Of a DNA stretch of 64,000 bases, positions 9,484 through 19,769 are shown piece by piece; the stretch's first letter is position 1; every line of letters starts with the position of its first letter. This DNA is from Escherichia coli. Its GTDB lineage: Bacteria > Pseudomonadota > Gammaproteobacteria > Enterobacterales > Enterobacteriaceae. The stretch is taken from NCBI RefSeq assembly GCF_044324875.1, contig NZ_CP172185.1. One strand, written 5' to 3'. Below the pieces are notes generated by a model. That model saw nothing but the letters and a program-made list of their open reading frames with translations, was not told the DNA's origin and did no database searches. Made by a program: the position numbers and the translations under genes.

Positions 9484-10812
9484 ATGGCGGCTGTAAAAAT
9501 TTCAGGCGTGCTCAGGGACGGAACCGGAAAACCGGTACCGGGATGCATTATTGAGCTGAAAGCGAAGAGAACCAGCGAGACAGTCATCGCCACGACAGTG
9601 GCTTATGGCATGCCGGAAGAGACGGGGAGTTACAGTATGGATGTGGAGCCAGGAATATACAGGGTGACACTCAATACAGAAGGTTACCGTCCTTCGTATG
9701 TGGGAGATATCGTGGTCAGGGAGGATTCTTCACCGGGAACACTGAATAAATTTCTGATGGAGATGGAAGATGCTCCTTATTATCCGAAGGCGTTGTCAGA
9801 GCTGGAGGCTGTGGTGCAGTCCATACTGCACAGAGCAGAGTCCGCGGCATCTGAGGCGGAGGAAGCCCGGAAGCGAGCAGCATCTGCCCGGGGACCACGA
9901 GGAGAGAAAGGGGATACCGGCGCTCGTGGTGAAAGAGGCATTACCGGGCCACAGGGGCCAAAAGGTGAAACAGGAGCACGTGGCCCGGCAGGACCACAGG
10001 GACCAAAAGGTGAAACAGGTGAACGCGGTCCGGCAGGTCCACAGGGACCAAAGGGCGATACAGGTGAACGCGGCCCGGCAGGTCCACAGGGACCAAAAGG
10101 TGAAACAGGTGCACGTGGTCCGGAAGGTCCACAGGGAGCAAAAGGTGAAACAGGTGAACGCGGCCCGGCAGGTCCACAGGGAGCAAAGGGCGAAACAGGT
10201 GCACGTGGTCCGGAAGGCCCTCAGGGTCTGAAGGGAGAAAAGGGTGAGCGAGGAGAAAAAGGCCCTAAGGGGGATAAAGGAGATCCGGGAGGTCCACAGG
10301 GACCAAAAGGTGAAACAGGTGAACGTGGCCCGGCAGGTCCACAGGGACCAAAAGGTGAAACAGGTGAACGTGGCCCGGCAGGTCCACAGGGACCAAAGGG
10401 CGATACAGGTGAACGCGGTCCGGCAGGTCCACAGGGGCCAAGAGGGTATACAGGTGAACGCGGGCCGACAGGTCTACAGGGGCCAAGAGGGTATACAGGT
10501 GAACGCGGGCCGGCAGGTCCACAGGGGCCAAGAGGAGAAGCGGGGCGGCCAGCGAGCGTCGGAAGTGTTTATTCCGTGGGGTCTTATGTTCTGGGGATCA
10601 TAGAACGAAATCATGAGATAACAAATACCCGTCAAATACCCGGGTATCGTATCAGACAGGCCGTTATTGTGTCGTCGTCATCGGATAAACTTACAGATAT
10701 CCGCTTTTTATTTGGCAATCCTATGCTTGGTACATGGATGTTATGCACAACTAACATGGCGGTGAATAATATCAGTGGGACGATTTGGGGCCTGTTTCAG
10801 AGAATACTGTGA
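9484..10812 (+). CDS. Prophage side tail fiber protein with collagen-like Gly-X-Y repeat region
   Basis: N-terminus [29 protein letters not shown]... resembles the Stf N-terminal domain of E. coli prophages; about 220 aa of GxY triplets ([19 protein letters not shown]...). Confidence 0.8.
   Translation: MAAVKISGVLRDGTGKPVPGCIIELKAKRTSETVIATTVAYGMPEETGSYSMDVEPGIYRVTLNTEGYRPSYVGDIVVREDSSPGTLNKFLMEMEDAPYYPKALSELEAVVQSILHRAESAASEAEEARKRAASARGPRGEKGDTGARGERGITGPQGPKGETGARGPAGPQGPKGETGERGPAGPQGPKGDTGERGPAGPQGPKGETGARGPEGPQGAKGETGERGPAGPQGAKGETGARGPEGPQGLKGEKGERGEKGPKGDKGDPGGPQGPKGETGERGPAGPQGPKGETGERGPAGPQGPKGDTGERGPAGPQGPRGYTGERGPTGLQGPRGYTGERGPAGPQGPRGEAGRPASVGSVYSVGSYVLGIIERNHEITNTRQIPGYRIRQAVIVSSSSDKLTDIRFLFGNPMLGTWMLCTTNMAVNNISGTIWGLFQRIL
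9886..10548 (+). repeat. Tandem, roughly 45-bp coding repeats (collagen-like Gly-X-Y) inside the tail fiber gene
   Basis: Repeated [15 protein letters not shown] units at nucleotide level; the ORFs in other frames and on the opposite strand over this stretch are repeat artefacts. Confidence 0.8.
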
Positions 10813-11002
10813 CAGGGGGAGAAATGAATGAAGGTCGATAAAATCACGTCACCAGTGTGGGCTGACAGGGGTCATACGACCATAAACTGTATAGTGAAGT
10901 TTTCAGACGCGGAAACAGAATGTGTATTTACAGCAAGTGCGGATGATCCGTAACCGGCTCATTTAAACCGTCTGGTCTGTTTCCTCCGGCTCTACAAAAA
11001 TA

Positions 11003-11680
11003 ATGTCCATCATTTTTAATGGACACTATCGTATGAAACACCGGACCTGGATCACTGAAGCTTTACGTCTTCACTTTGAAGAACATTTACCCCGGGTTGT
11101 GGCCGGGCGTCGCCTGGGTGTACCAAAATCAACAGTTTGTAGTATGTTCGTGCGCTTTCGGAGAGCTGGCCTTTCGTGGCCTTTGCCCGCAGGCATGTCG
11201 GAGCAGGAACTTGATGCCTGCCTTTACGGACAATTTTCCACGGTACCAGTCGTACGTCCTGAAAGCACCGTTATATCCGAAGCCCCCGTGGTAAAAAAAC
11301 GTCCCCGGCGGCCCAACTTCCCTTATGAGTTTAAAATCGCCTTAGTGGAGCAGTCACTGCAGCCCGGAGCCTGTGTGGCGCAGATCGCCCGGGAAAACGG
11401 AATCAACGATAACCTGCTCTTCAACTGGCGCCATCAATACCGGAAAGGTGGCCTGCTGCCTTCCGGAAAAAATATGCCGGCACTGCTTCCCGTGACGTTA
11501 ACGCCGGAGCCGGATAATAAAATCCCGGCCCCCGCACAGGAACCAGAGCAGATAAATACACCGTCCGACAGTCTGTGTTGTGAGCTGGTTCTGCCGGCCG
11601 GAACTCTCAGGCTTAAAGGTAAACTGACGCCGGCGTTATTACAGACACTTATCCGCGAAATAAAAGGGAGCAGCCACTGA
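11003..11680 (+). CDS. tnpA: IS66-family accessory protein (orfA/TnpA) with N-terminal HTH extension
   Basis: C-terminal part ...PNFPYEFKIALVEQSLQPGACVAQIARENGINDNLLFNWRHQYRKG is IS66 orfA-like; N-terminal part carries an LSWPLPA HTH-like motif. Start codon uncertain. Confidence 0.7.
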   Translation: MSIIFNGHYRMKHRTWITEALRLHFEEHLPRVVAGRRLGVPKSTVCSMFVRFRRAGLSWPLPAGMSEQELDACLYGQFSTVPVVRPESTVISEAPVVKKRPRRPNFPYEFKIALVEQSLQPGACVAQIARENGINDNLLFNWRHQYRKGGLLPSGKNMPALLPVTLTPEPDNKIPAPAQEPEQINTPSDSLCCELVLPAGTLRLKGKLTPALLQTLIREIKGSSH

Positions 11681-12027
11681 TGATATCTCTCCCTGCAGGT
11701 TCGCGTATCTGGCTGGTTGCAGGTATCACCGATATGCGAAATGGCTTTAACGGCCTGGCATCAAAAGTTCAGAACGTCCTGAAGGATGACCCGTTCTCCG
11801 GACACCTGTTCATCTTCCGCGGACGCCGGGGTGACCAGATAAAAGTGTTGTGGGCTGACAGTGACGGACTGTGCCTCTTCACCAAACGCCTGGAGCGGGG
11901 CCGCTTCGTCTGGCCAGTCACCCGTGACGGCAAGGTGCACCTTACTCCGGCTCAGTTATCCATGCTTCTTGAAGGTATCAACTGGAAGCACCCGAAACGA
12001 ACGGAACGCGCTGGAATCCGCATATAA
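11680..12027 (+). CDS. tnpB: IS66-family TnpB (Orf2)
   Basis: 115 aa MISLPAGSRIWLVAGITDMRNGFNGLASKVQNVL...; overlapping start with orfA stop. Confidence 0.85.
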   Translation: MISLPAGSRIWLVAGITDMRNGFNGLASKVQNVLKDDPFSGHLFIFRGRRGDQIKVLWADSDGLCLFTKRLERGRFVWPVTRDGKVHLTPAQLSMLLEGINWKHPKRTERAGIRI

Positions 12028-12046
12028 CCCGTTGTAAAGTGAGGAT

Positions 12047-13618
12047 ATGGACACCTCACTTGCTCATGAGAACGCCCGCCTGCGGGCACTGTTGCAGACG
12101 CAACAGGACACCATCCGCCAGATGGCTGAATACAACCGCCTGCTCTCACAGCGGGTGGCGGCTTATGCTTCCGAAATCAACCGGCTGAAGGCGCTGGTTG
12201 CGAAACTGCAACGTATGCAGTTCGGTAAAAGCTCAGAAAAACTTCGTGCAAAAACCGAACGGCAGATACAGGAAGCACAGGAGCGAATCAGCGCACTTCA
12301 GGAAGAAATGGCGGAAACGCTGGGTGAGCAATATGACCCGGTACTGCCATCCGCCCTGCGCCAGTCTTCAGCCCGTAAACCGTTACCGGCCTCACTTCCC
12401 CGTGAAACCCGGGTTATCCGGCCGGAAGAGGAATGCTGTCCTGCCTGTGGTGGTGAACTCAGTTCTCTGGGATGTGATGTGTCAGAGCAACTGGAGCTTA
12501 TCAGCAGCGCCTTTAAGGTTATCGAAACACAACGTCCGAAACAGGCCTGTTGCCGGTGCGACCATATCGTGCAGGCACCAGTACCTTCAAAACCCATTGC
12601 ACGCAGTTATGCCGGAGCGGGGCTTCTGGCCCATGTTGTCACCGGGAAATATGCAGACCATCTGCCGTTATACCGCCAGTCAGAAATATACCGTCGTCAG
12701 GGAGTGGAGCTGAGCCGTGCCACACTGGGGCGCTGGACAGGTGCTGTTGCTGAACTGCTGGAGCCGCTGTATGACGTCCTGCGCCAGTATGTGCTGATGC
12801 CCGGTAAAGTCCATGCTGATGATATCCCCGTCCCGGTCCAGGAGCCGGGCAGCGGTAAAACCCGGACAGCCCGGCTGTGGGTCTACGTCCGTGATGACCG
12901 TAACGCCGGTTCACAGATGCCCCCGGCGGTCTGGTTCGCGTACAGTCCGGACCGGAAAGGTATCCATCCACAAAATCACCTGGCCGGTTACAGCGGTGTG
13001 CTTCAGGCCGATGCTTACGGTGGTTACCGGGCGTTATACGAATCCGGCAGAATAACGGAAGCCGCGTGTATGGCTCATGCCCGGAGAAAAATCCACGATG
13101 TGCATGCAAGAGCGCCCACCTACATCACCACGGAAGCCCTGCAGCGTATCGGTGAACTGTATGCCATCGAGGCAGAGGTCCGGGGCTGTTCAGCAGAACA
13201 GCGTCTGGCGGCAAGAAAAGCCAGAGCCGCGCCACTGATGCAGTCACTGTATGACTGGATACAGCAACAGATGAAAACACTGTCGCGTCACTCAGATACG
13301 GCAAAAGCGTTCGCATACCTGCTGAAACAGTGGGATGCACTGAACGTGTACTGCAGTAATGGCTGGGTGGAAATCGACAACAACATCGCAGAGAACGCCT
13401 TACGGGGAGTGGCCGTAGGCCGGAAAAACTGGATGTTCGCGGGTTCCGACAGCGGTGGTGAACATGCGGCGGTGTTGTACTCGCTGATCGGCACATGCCG
13501 TCTGAACAATGTGGAGCCAGAAAAGTGGCTGCGTTACGTCATTGAACATATCCAGGACTGGCCGGCAAACCGGGTACGCGATCTGTTGCCCTGGAAAGTT
13601 GATCTGAGCTCTCAGTAA
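12047..13618 (+). CDS. tnpC: IS66-family transposase TnpC
   Basis: 523 aa; N-terminal coiled coil, Cys cluster CCPACGGEL...CCRCDH, DDE-type catalytic region. Confidence 0.85.
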   Translation: MDTSLAHENARLRALLQTQQDTIRQMAEYNRLLSQRVAAYASEINRLKALVAKLQRMQFGKSSEKLRAKTERQIQEAQERISALQEEMAETLGEQYDPVLPSALRQSSARKPLPASLPRETRVIRPEEECCPACGGELSSLGCDVSEQLELISSAFKVIETQRPKQACCRCDHIVQAPVPSKPIARSYAGAGLLAHVVTGKYADHLPLYRQSEIYRRQGVELSRATLGRWTGAVAELLEPLYDVLRQYVLMPGKVHADDIPVPVQEPGSGKTRTARLWVYVRDDRNAGSQMPPAVWFAYSPDRKGIHPQNHLAGYSGVLQADAYGGYRALYESGRITEAACMAHARRKIHDVHARAPTYITTEALQRIGELYAIEAEVRGCSAEQRLAARKARAAPLMQSLYDWIQQQMKTLSRHSDTAKAFAYLLKQWDALNVYCSNGWVEIDNNIAENALRGVAVGRKNWMFAGSDSGGEHAAVLYSLIGTCRLNNVEPEKWLRYVIEHIQDWPANRVRDLLPWKVDLSSQ

Positions 13619-14475
13619 ATATCAATACGGTTCTGACGAGTCGCTTACGATGATCCTGAGTCTTACGGTCGTGAAATATTTGAAGCCTGCATAAGAGGTG
13701 ATGCAGGGCCGGTAGGTGAGTACCGGGCAAATGATGATATGGCTGTGGAAGAAGCACGCAGGATGAAAAACGCGGAGATAAATGCCTGGCGTGATGCGAT
13801 GGAGGCGTCAGGGTATGTTTTTGAGCACAGAGGACGGAAATGGGATTATGGAAAGGAAACCATGACACGTCTTGGAATGTCGGCATCAGCGGCCAGAGGC
13901 GGTGTGTTGCCGGAAGGATTTTTCTGGACGGACGCAGAGAATAATGATGTACCGATGACGGCAGATGAACTGATATCCCTGAGTGATGCTGCTGGTAAAG
14001 CGATGTTCAGGAAAGGCCTTGAAATACATATAAGGCAAAGGGAGATGAAAAAGGCAATAGCAGAACTGAGTGACAGTGAAACCATTCTGGCGTACAGGGT
14101 TGGATGGTGAAACTGATAAAAAAACCCCTCTGAAAATTCTGTCAGAGGGGGGCAAGGATCTATATTTATTATGCGGTAATGCTTTCACTCCGGTAATTAA
14201 TTTCAGTGATTAACTGCTTTCGATCAATAAAGGAATTGCAAAAAGGTGATCTTGTTCACGACATTGTGGATGATAATATGCCTGATGTCTGAATCCGGAA
14301 ACAGTGATCTGGCGGGTTTCATGTGAAGTTGACGGATAAAAAATCCGCACGACCAGACAGACGTGCGGTTTACGAAATTCGTAACAAGAGGCTTTTCTAG
14401 GGATCACGTGGTGCGTGCCACGTGAAATTTTTGTAGCGCAAAATGTGTAATGTGTAAATACAAGGAAGGAAAAAG

Positions 14476-14805
14476 TTAAATCGGTGGAAGTCCATACCGG
14501 GAACGTGCACGGTTACATGCTTCGTTTTCAATACCATTTTCACCAGACATGGCAAATTCCCGGCACGTTGATGAACGGTTTTCGTAGATGGTACAGCTCG
14601 CTTCTTTACCTGGTGTTCCTGCAAGGGCAATACATCTGGGGTTTTTCTGGTTTGTACCGATCATGCATCGGTGCAAAGGCGATACTTGTTCAGTAAGTCT
14701 GGCTGGAATGGTGCCGCCAGCATCGTCGGCTTCGGCCCAGTAAAAAGAGACGCGGAAAAATGCACAACAGGCACCACACGTTATGCATGGATTTGGATTG
14801 CTCAT
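14476..14805 (-). CDS. Small Cys-cluster protein (CxxCxxCC, YkgJ/UPF0153-like putative zinc or iron chelating domain) at the prophage edge
   Basis: 109 aa [28 protein letters not shown]...; motif C-x2-C-x2-C-C plus further conserved Cys. Confidence 0.5.
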   Translation of the reverse strand: MSNPNPCITCGACCAFFRVSFYWAEADDAGGTIPARLTEQVSPLHRCMIGTNQKNPRCIALAGTPGKEASCTIYENRSSTCREFAMSGENGIENEACNRARSRYGLPPI

Positions 14806-15166
14806 AATTCACCACAGCTATAAATTATAAAGAAAACCGCAGCATGTCGTATGCAAGAACGTGCTGCAGCTGGCTGGTTAACTTTCGATAGTGCGAGTAT
14901 TGAATGATTTCCAGCCGTTACCGATTTTATATAACTGCAGTGGAATTATTCAACACAGGCAAAACGGAATAAGCTGAGAAAAAAGCGTACTTTCCCAATC
15001 TGGGGCAAATCACGTCTGAATGACACCTGACAACAGATGGTGGCCTCAAGAAGGCTTGGAATATTCTTCTTTAATGTTATGTAAATTATTGATTTTTCGT
15101 GTACGATTTTAAGACATTTATTCCAAGAAAAATTTTTAACTCTTTGATTTTTCGACTCTGTATCAT

Positions 15167-15228
15167 CGGTCTCGAAAACCGGAGTAGGGGCAACTCTACC
15201 GGGGGTTCAAATCCCCCTCTCTCCGCCA
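15167..15228 (+). other. Prophage attachment site (attR): 62-nt 3' fragment of the tRNA-Ser (CGA, serU-type) gene without the 5' half
   Basis: CGGTCTCGAAAACCGGAGTAGGGGCAACTCTACCGGGGGTTCAAATCCCCCTCTCTCCGCCA matches the 3' part of tRNA-Ser from the anticodon stem onward; no complementary GGAGAGA acceptor strand upstream. Confidence 0.75.
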
Positions 15229-15895
15229 CTTTATCAATGACTTATCTCCCGACTTCCCGCCTTGCTTTTCCTAAACAGAACAATCGTAGAATATTCTTGA
15301 AGGGTTAGATCGTCACTGTTTTCTGTTCGATACTGTGACATTCAGCACTTGATTCGCTATGGATCTGACAGGAAGGTTTCGAGCGAAAATCTGCAATTAT
15401 TCAGTCGTTTTCTTATCGGTCACCATTATTCTTTTAGACATTGATCCTACAAAGCTGCCGCAAAGTTGGTGGTGGGAACTGAAGTTGCGTAGAGAAGTGG
15501 TCAATAATTGAGCAAAAAAAGGAACGCGGCCGTCAGATTAAAGCCGCGGGACAAAGTCCATAATTTCCAAGAGTTGTTGAATTTCCCAGCTTTTTTGAAA
15601 GCCTTCGTATCATACTAACAAGTAAAAAAGGTTTAAATACCAAAATTAACCTATATTTCTGGTTAGCTTTACCATGACAGATGACTTGCTCCTGGAGACA
15701 TTGGCGCAGCCAGTCTGTATTGGTGAGTTGTGTATTTATTGTTCGCCGTTTTCTCAGTTTTTTCTACAGACATAATAAAAAAGACACGTCTCAAGCATGA
15801 GCGTGTCTGAGTTTGTCTTATTTATTTGTCTTGGTAAATTATTGTCGTTACTACCAGGCACTGTTCTGTTAAATAATTGAATCAGCGAAAAAAAA

Positions 15896-16546
15896 TCAAT
15901 GAGACATCATTTCCTCGACCACTTCTTCGCTACTCAACTGATAGGGATAATACGTTGGCCAGTTTTCCATTTCATTTAATAAAGATTGCTGTGAATCATT
16001 ACCCATAAAAATGTGAAAATGAGATGATTTTCGTGGTGCAATTATATGATCGCTAAATTGAATATATTTAGGGGCTTTGCTTTCAGGATCTTTACATTCG
16101 AATAAATAACGAACGCCTTTCTTACCTGATTTATAGGTGAGTATTTTGTATCCATCGTAATCATATTTACAGGATGTTGTTTCATTATTTCTATGGAATT
16201 CAACAATGCCGTCCTCAATGCCAATCATCTCGATATCTGTCACATAACCTTTGCGATAATAATCTTTAATTTCAGCAAATGTTTTGGTTTTATCTGCATC
16301 CGCTTTCTTCTGAAAGACGGGGTCAAGTTTGCCACTTTGCAGTAAAGGATAAACGGATTGCCATACTCCATCCCAGTCACTTAGCGTTCGGTTTTGTACA
16401 TTGGCATCATCAAAAACACCATTAGCAGCTTTTTGTTCGACCTCTGTTAAGGGTTTGCCGTGTGAGTGATGACCATGCGAAAAGGCAGGAGCGCTAACAA
16501 TAAAGACACCTAAAGCAACAGCCAGTTTATGAAGACGAATCGCCAA
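15896..16546 (-). CDS. zinT: Zinc/cadmium-binding periplasmic protein ZinT
   Basis: 216 aa; signal peptide then His-rich HGHHSHG; matches ZinT (YodA). Confidence 0.95.
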   Translation of the reverse strand: MAIRLHKLAVALGVFIVSAPAFSHGHHSHGKPLTEVEQKAANGVFDDANVQNRTLSDWDGVWQSVYPLLQSGKLDPVFQKKADADKTKTFAEIKDYYRKGYVTDIEMIGIEDGIVEFHRNNETTSCKYDYDGYKILTYKSGKKGVRYLFECKDPESKAPKYIQFSDHIIAPRKSSHFHIFMGNDSQQSLLNEMENWPTYYPYQLSSEEVVEEMMSH

Positions 16547-16582
16547 AACAGTTTCCTCCAGAGTTAATGTATATAATGTGTA

Positions 16583-16605
16583 ATGTTATATTGTAACATA
16601 TAACA
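16583..16605 (-). promoter_or_regulatory. Putative Zur box in the zinT promoter
   Basis: AT-rich palindrome-like ATGTTATATTGTAACATAT just upstream of zinT; zinT is known to be Zur-regulated. Confidence 0.4.
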
Positions 16606-16734
16606 AAATGCAACAACTCTTAGGAAACGAGTGCAAAGTTACCTCAGGTATATTTTCCTATCTTATTGAAATGACATAAATTATGTCGATGATTTGAGGT
16701 TGATGACAAACGAAACATAACCTGATGTGATCTG

Positions 16735-16775
16735 CGTAGGCCGGATAGGGCGCTCGCGCCGCATCCGGCAGGGAT
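16735..16775. repeat. REP-type palindromic element between zinT and msrQ
   Basis: GTAGGCCGGATAGGGCGCTCGCGCCGCATCCGGCA, a typical GCCGGATG...CATCCGGC REP palindrome. Confidence 0.5.
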
Positions 16776-16802
16776 AACGCGTACTTTGTCGGTAATATGA
16801 AG

Positions 16803-17438
16803 TTATAGAGATAATTTGTTGTGAACCTGCTTGCGTAACCGGTTGAAAAGGGAAAGCAACTTCTTATACCGTAAGGCTAAAAGCAGTACCGCCAGCCCAG
16901 CGTAGATGAGTGGCTGCGGTGAAATAATCTTCACTGACCACAGATAATGTATTGGGGCCAGGATCGCGACAAGATAGACGAAATTATGCAACTGTTGCCA
17001 GTGCTTGCCGAGTTTTCGCTGCATCGCCTGGGTTGAAGTAAACGCTAAAGCAAGCAAAATAACCCAGCTGATAATTCCTAACGTTAAATAAGGCCGGGTA
17101 ATTAACTCCTTACCTAATAACGCCAGATTATTCACGCCCAGCTCCAGTAATGCGTAACTGGTTAAATGCAGTGTCGCCCAGGCAAAGCACCATAAGCCTA
17201 ACAGGCGGCGAGTGCGTATCAATAACGGCTGTTTTGCGTAGCGTGCCAGAGGTGTGATTAACAAGGTCGCCAGCAAAAATTTCAGTGCAGTGCGACCAGT
17301 AAAATGCTGAATATCTTTCACTGGATCGGCACCCAGTCCACCGTGATTGATCGCCCAGACCAGCCAGAGAAACGGCAACAATCCGGCAAGATGCAGGCAA
17401 ACTTTCATCCATGTCACCTGTTTTGCTGTCAGACGCAT
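16803..17438 (-). CDS. msrQ: Methionine sulfoxide reductase haem-binding subunit MsrQ (YedZ)
   Basis: 211 aa multi-pass membrane protein; position downstream of msrP. Confidence 0.95.
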   Translation of the reverse strand: MRLTAKQVTWMKVCLHLAGLLPFLWLVWAINHGGLGADPVKDIQHFTGRTALKFLLATLLITPLARYAKQPLLIRTRRLLGLWCFAWATLHLTSYALLELGVNNLALLGKELITRPYLTLGIISWVILLALAFTSTQAMQRKLGKHWQQLHNFVYLVAILAPIHYLWSVKIISPQPLIYAGLAVLLLALRYKKLLSLFNRLRKQVHNKLSL

Positions 17439-18449
<1,011 letters not shown>

Positions 18450-18551
18450 TCACACTTTTTTGTCGTTAGCCAGCAAGAGCCGTTTACTGTTAATCTGTCA
18501 GGGAGTGTCCTCCCTAACAGTAGCAGAGATCTGCTTTTACATATTTATGCA

Positions 18552-18965
18552 TTAACTGCCACGATAGGTTGAATACCCATATTGGCTAAGTAATAAAGGC
18601 ACATGATAATGCTCGTTCACTTTATTAATATGAAATTCAACGGGGATCTCAGGGAAGAAACTTTCAAGATTTTGTTTCTTGAAATAGTCCCCGGTTTTAA
18701 ATACGACACGGTAATCGCCCGTAGTTGCAGTTTGCTCGGGCCACAGTGCCTTAATTCGTCCATCCTTATCTGTTTTGGCGGTATTAAGTTGTAACCAGCC
18801 GTTGTCCGCTTTCTTTTCAAGAGTGACTGTCACGTCGGCAGCGGGTTTTCCTGTTTGCTGGTTCAAAATGTGCACGCTAAGAATGTTTTGTTGTGCAGCA
18901 TAGACCAAAGAAGGTAATGAAAATGCAGCCGTTACTACGGAGAGTACTAAATAACGCTTTAACAT
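18552..18965 (-). CDS. hiuH: 5-hydroxyisourate hydrolase (transthyretin-like) HiuH (YedX)
   Basis: 137 aa with signal peptide; C-terminal YRGS typical of the HIU hydrolase family. Confidence 0.9.
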   Translation of the reverse strand: MLKRYLVLSVVTAAFSLPSLVYAAQQNILSVHILNQQTGKPAADVTVTLEKKADNGWLQLNTAKTDKDGRIKALWPEQTATTGDYRVVFKTGDYFKKQNLESFFPEIPVEFHINKVNEHYHVPLLLSQYGYSTYRGS

Positions 18966-19097
18966 GTTTATATCCTTGTCATGTGAATGAGTTTTGAGGA
19001 TAGCGAAAAAGCGTCCAGGGTAACCTTACAGCAGCATTACAATTTTGTAATGAACCAGGCTGTTTCTATAACATATGATTTATGGCATATTATTTTC

Positions 19098-19769
19098 ATG
19101 AAGATTTTACTTATTGAAGATAATCAAAGGACCCAGGAGTGGGTAACGCAGGGGCTTTCCGAAGCGGGTTATGTCATTGATGCCGTTTCTGATGGCAGAG
19201 ATGGGCTTTATCTTGCGCTGAAGGATGATTATGCATTGATCATTCTGGATATTATGCTTCCGGGTATGGATGGCTGGCAGATCTTACAAACGTTAAGAAC
19301 AGCAAAGCAAACCCCTGTTATTTGCCTTACTGCAAGGGATTCTGTCGATGACAGAGTCAGAGGGCTGGACAGTGGAGCAAATGATTATCTGGTAAAACCT
19401 TTTTCATTTTCTGAGTTGCTGGCAAGGGTTCGGGCACAATTAAGGCAACATCATGCTTTGAATTCAACATTAGAAATCAGTGGCTTAAGAATGGACTCTG
19501 TTAGTCAAAGTGTGAGCAGGGACAATATCAGTATTACACTGACGCGCAAGGAGTTTCAGTTACTTTGGCTACTGGCCTCCAGAGCTGGCGAAATTATACC
19601 CAGAACGGTTATTGCGAGTGAAATTTGGGGAATCAACTTTGATAGTGATACCAATACGGTGGACGTCGCCATTCGCAGGCTCCGCGCAAAAGTTGATGAT
19701 CCTTTTCCTGAAAAGCTAATCGCCACAATCCGGGGGATGGGCTATTCATTCGTAGCGGTAAAAAAATAA
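19098..19769 (+). CDS. hprR: OmpR-family response regulator HprR (YedW)
   Basis: 223 aa MKILLIEDNQRT...; receiver domain plus winged-helix; start set at MKILLIED rather than the upstream alternative start of the ORF track. Confidence 0.9.
   Translation: MKILLIEDNQRTQEWVTQGLSEAGYVIDAVSDGRDGLYLALKDDYALIILDIMLPGMDGWQILQTLRTAKQTPVICLTARDSVDDRVRGLDSGANDYLVKPFSFSELLARVRAQLRQHHALNSTLEISGLRMDSVSQSVSRDNISITLTRKEFQLLWLLASRAGEIIPRTVIASEIWGINFDSDTNTVDVAIRRLRAKVDDPFPEKLIATIRGMGYSFVAVKK

Larger units (their letters stand above)
10950..13648 (+). mobile_element. IS66-family insertion sequence (three ORFs), about 2.7 kb, flanked by 8-bp direct repeat GATGATCC (10942-10949 and 13649-13656)
   Basis: Ends GTAACCGGCTC... 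and ...GAGTCGCTTAC form imperfect inverted repeats starting GTAA; TnpB and TnpC hallmark ORFs; 8-bp duplication typical of IS66. Confidence 0.85.
10828..14110 (+). pseudogene. Tail fiber assembly-like gene split by an IS66-family insertion (N-terminal part 10828-10949, C-terminal part 13649-14110)
   Basis: Removing 10950-13656 (IS plus one 8-bp repeat) gives an uninterrupted 191-codon ORF MKVDKITSPVWADRGHTTINCIVKFSDAETECVFTASADDPESYGREIFEACIRG...ILAYRVGW; position after stf. Product name is by position and size only. Confidence 0.6.

Noticed and set aside
9886-10548. Possible CRISPR array suggested by regularly spaced repeats
   Set aside because: The repeats are contiguous, in-frame coding units with no unique spacers and no cas genes nearby.
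9770-10603. ORFs in other frames and on the opposite strand across the collagen-like repeat (9770-10231, 10244-10603, 9941-10204 minus, 10265-10531 minus)
   Set aside because: They are low-complexity translations of the 45-bp repeat in the wrong frame; the Gly-X-Y frame continues from a conserved tail-fiber N-terminus and is the real gene.
12198-13109. Alternative-frame ORFs within IS66 tnpC (12198-12713 plus, 12639-13109 minus)
   Set aside because: They overlap the conserved TnpC frame completely and are GC-rich frame artefacts.
15140-15228. A complete tRNA-Ser gene at the prophage boundary
   Set aside because: Only the 3' 62 nt match; there is no upstream acceptor strand (GGAGAGA) or D-arm, so it is an att-site fragment.
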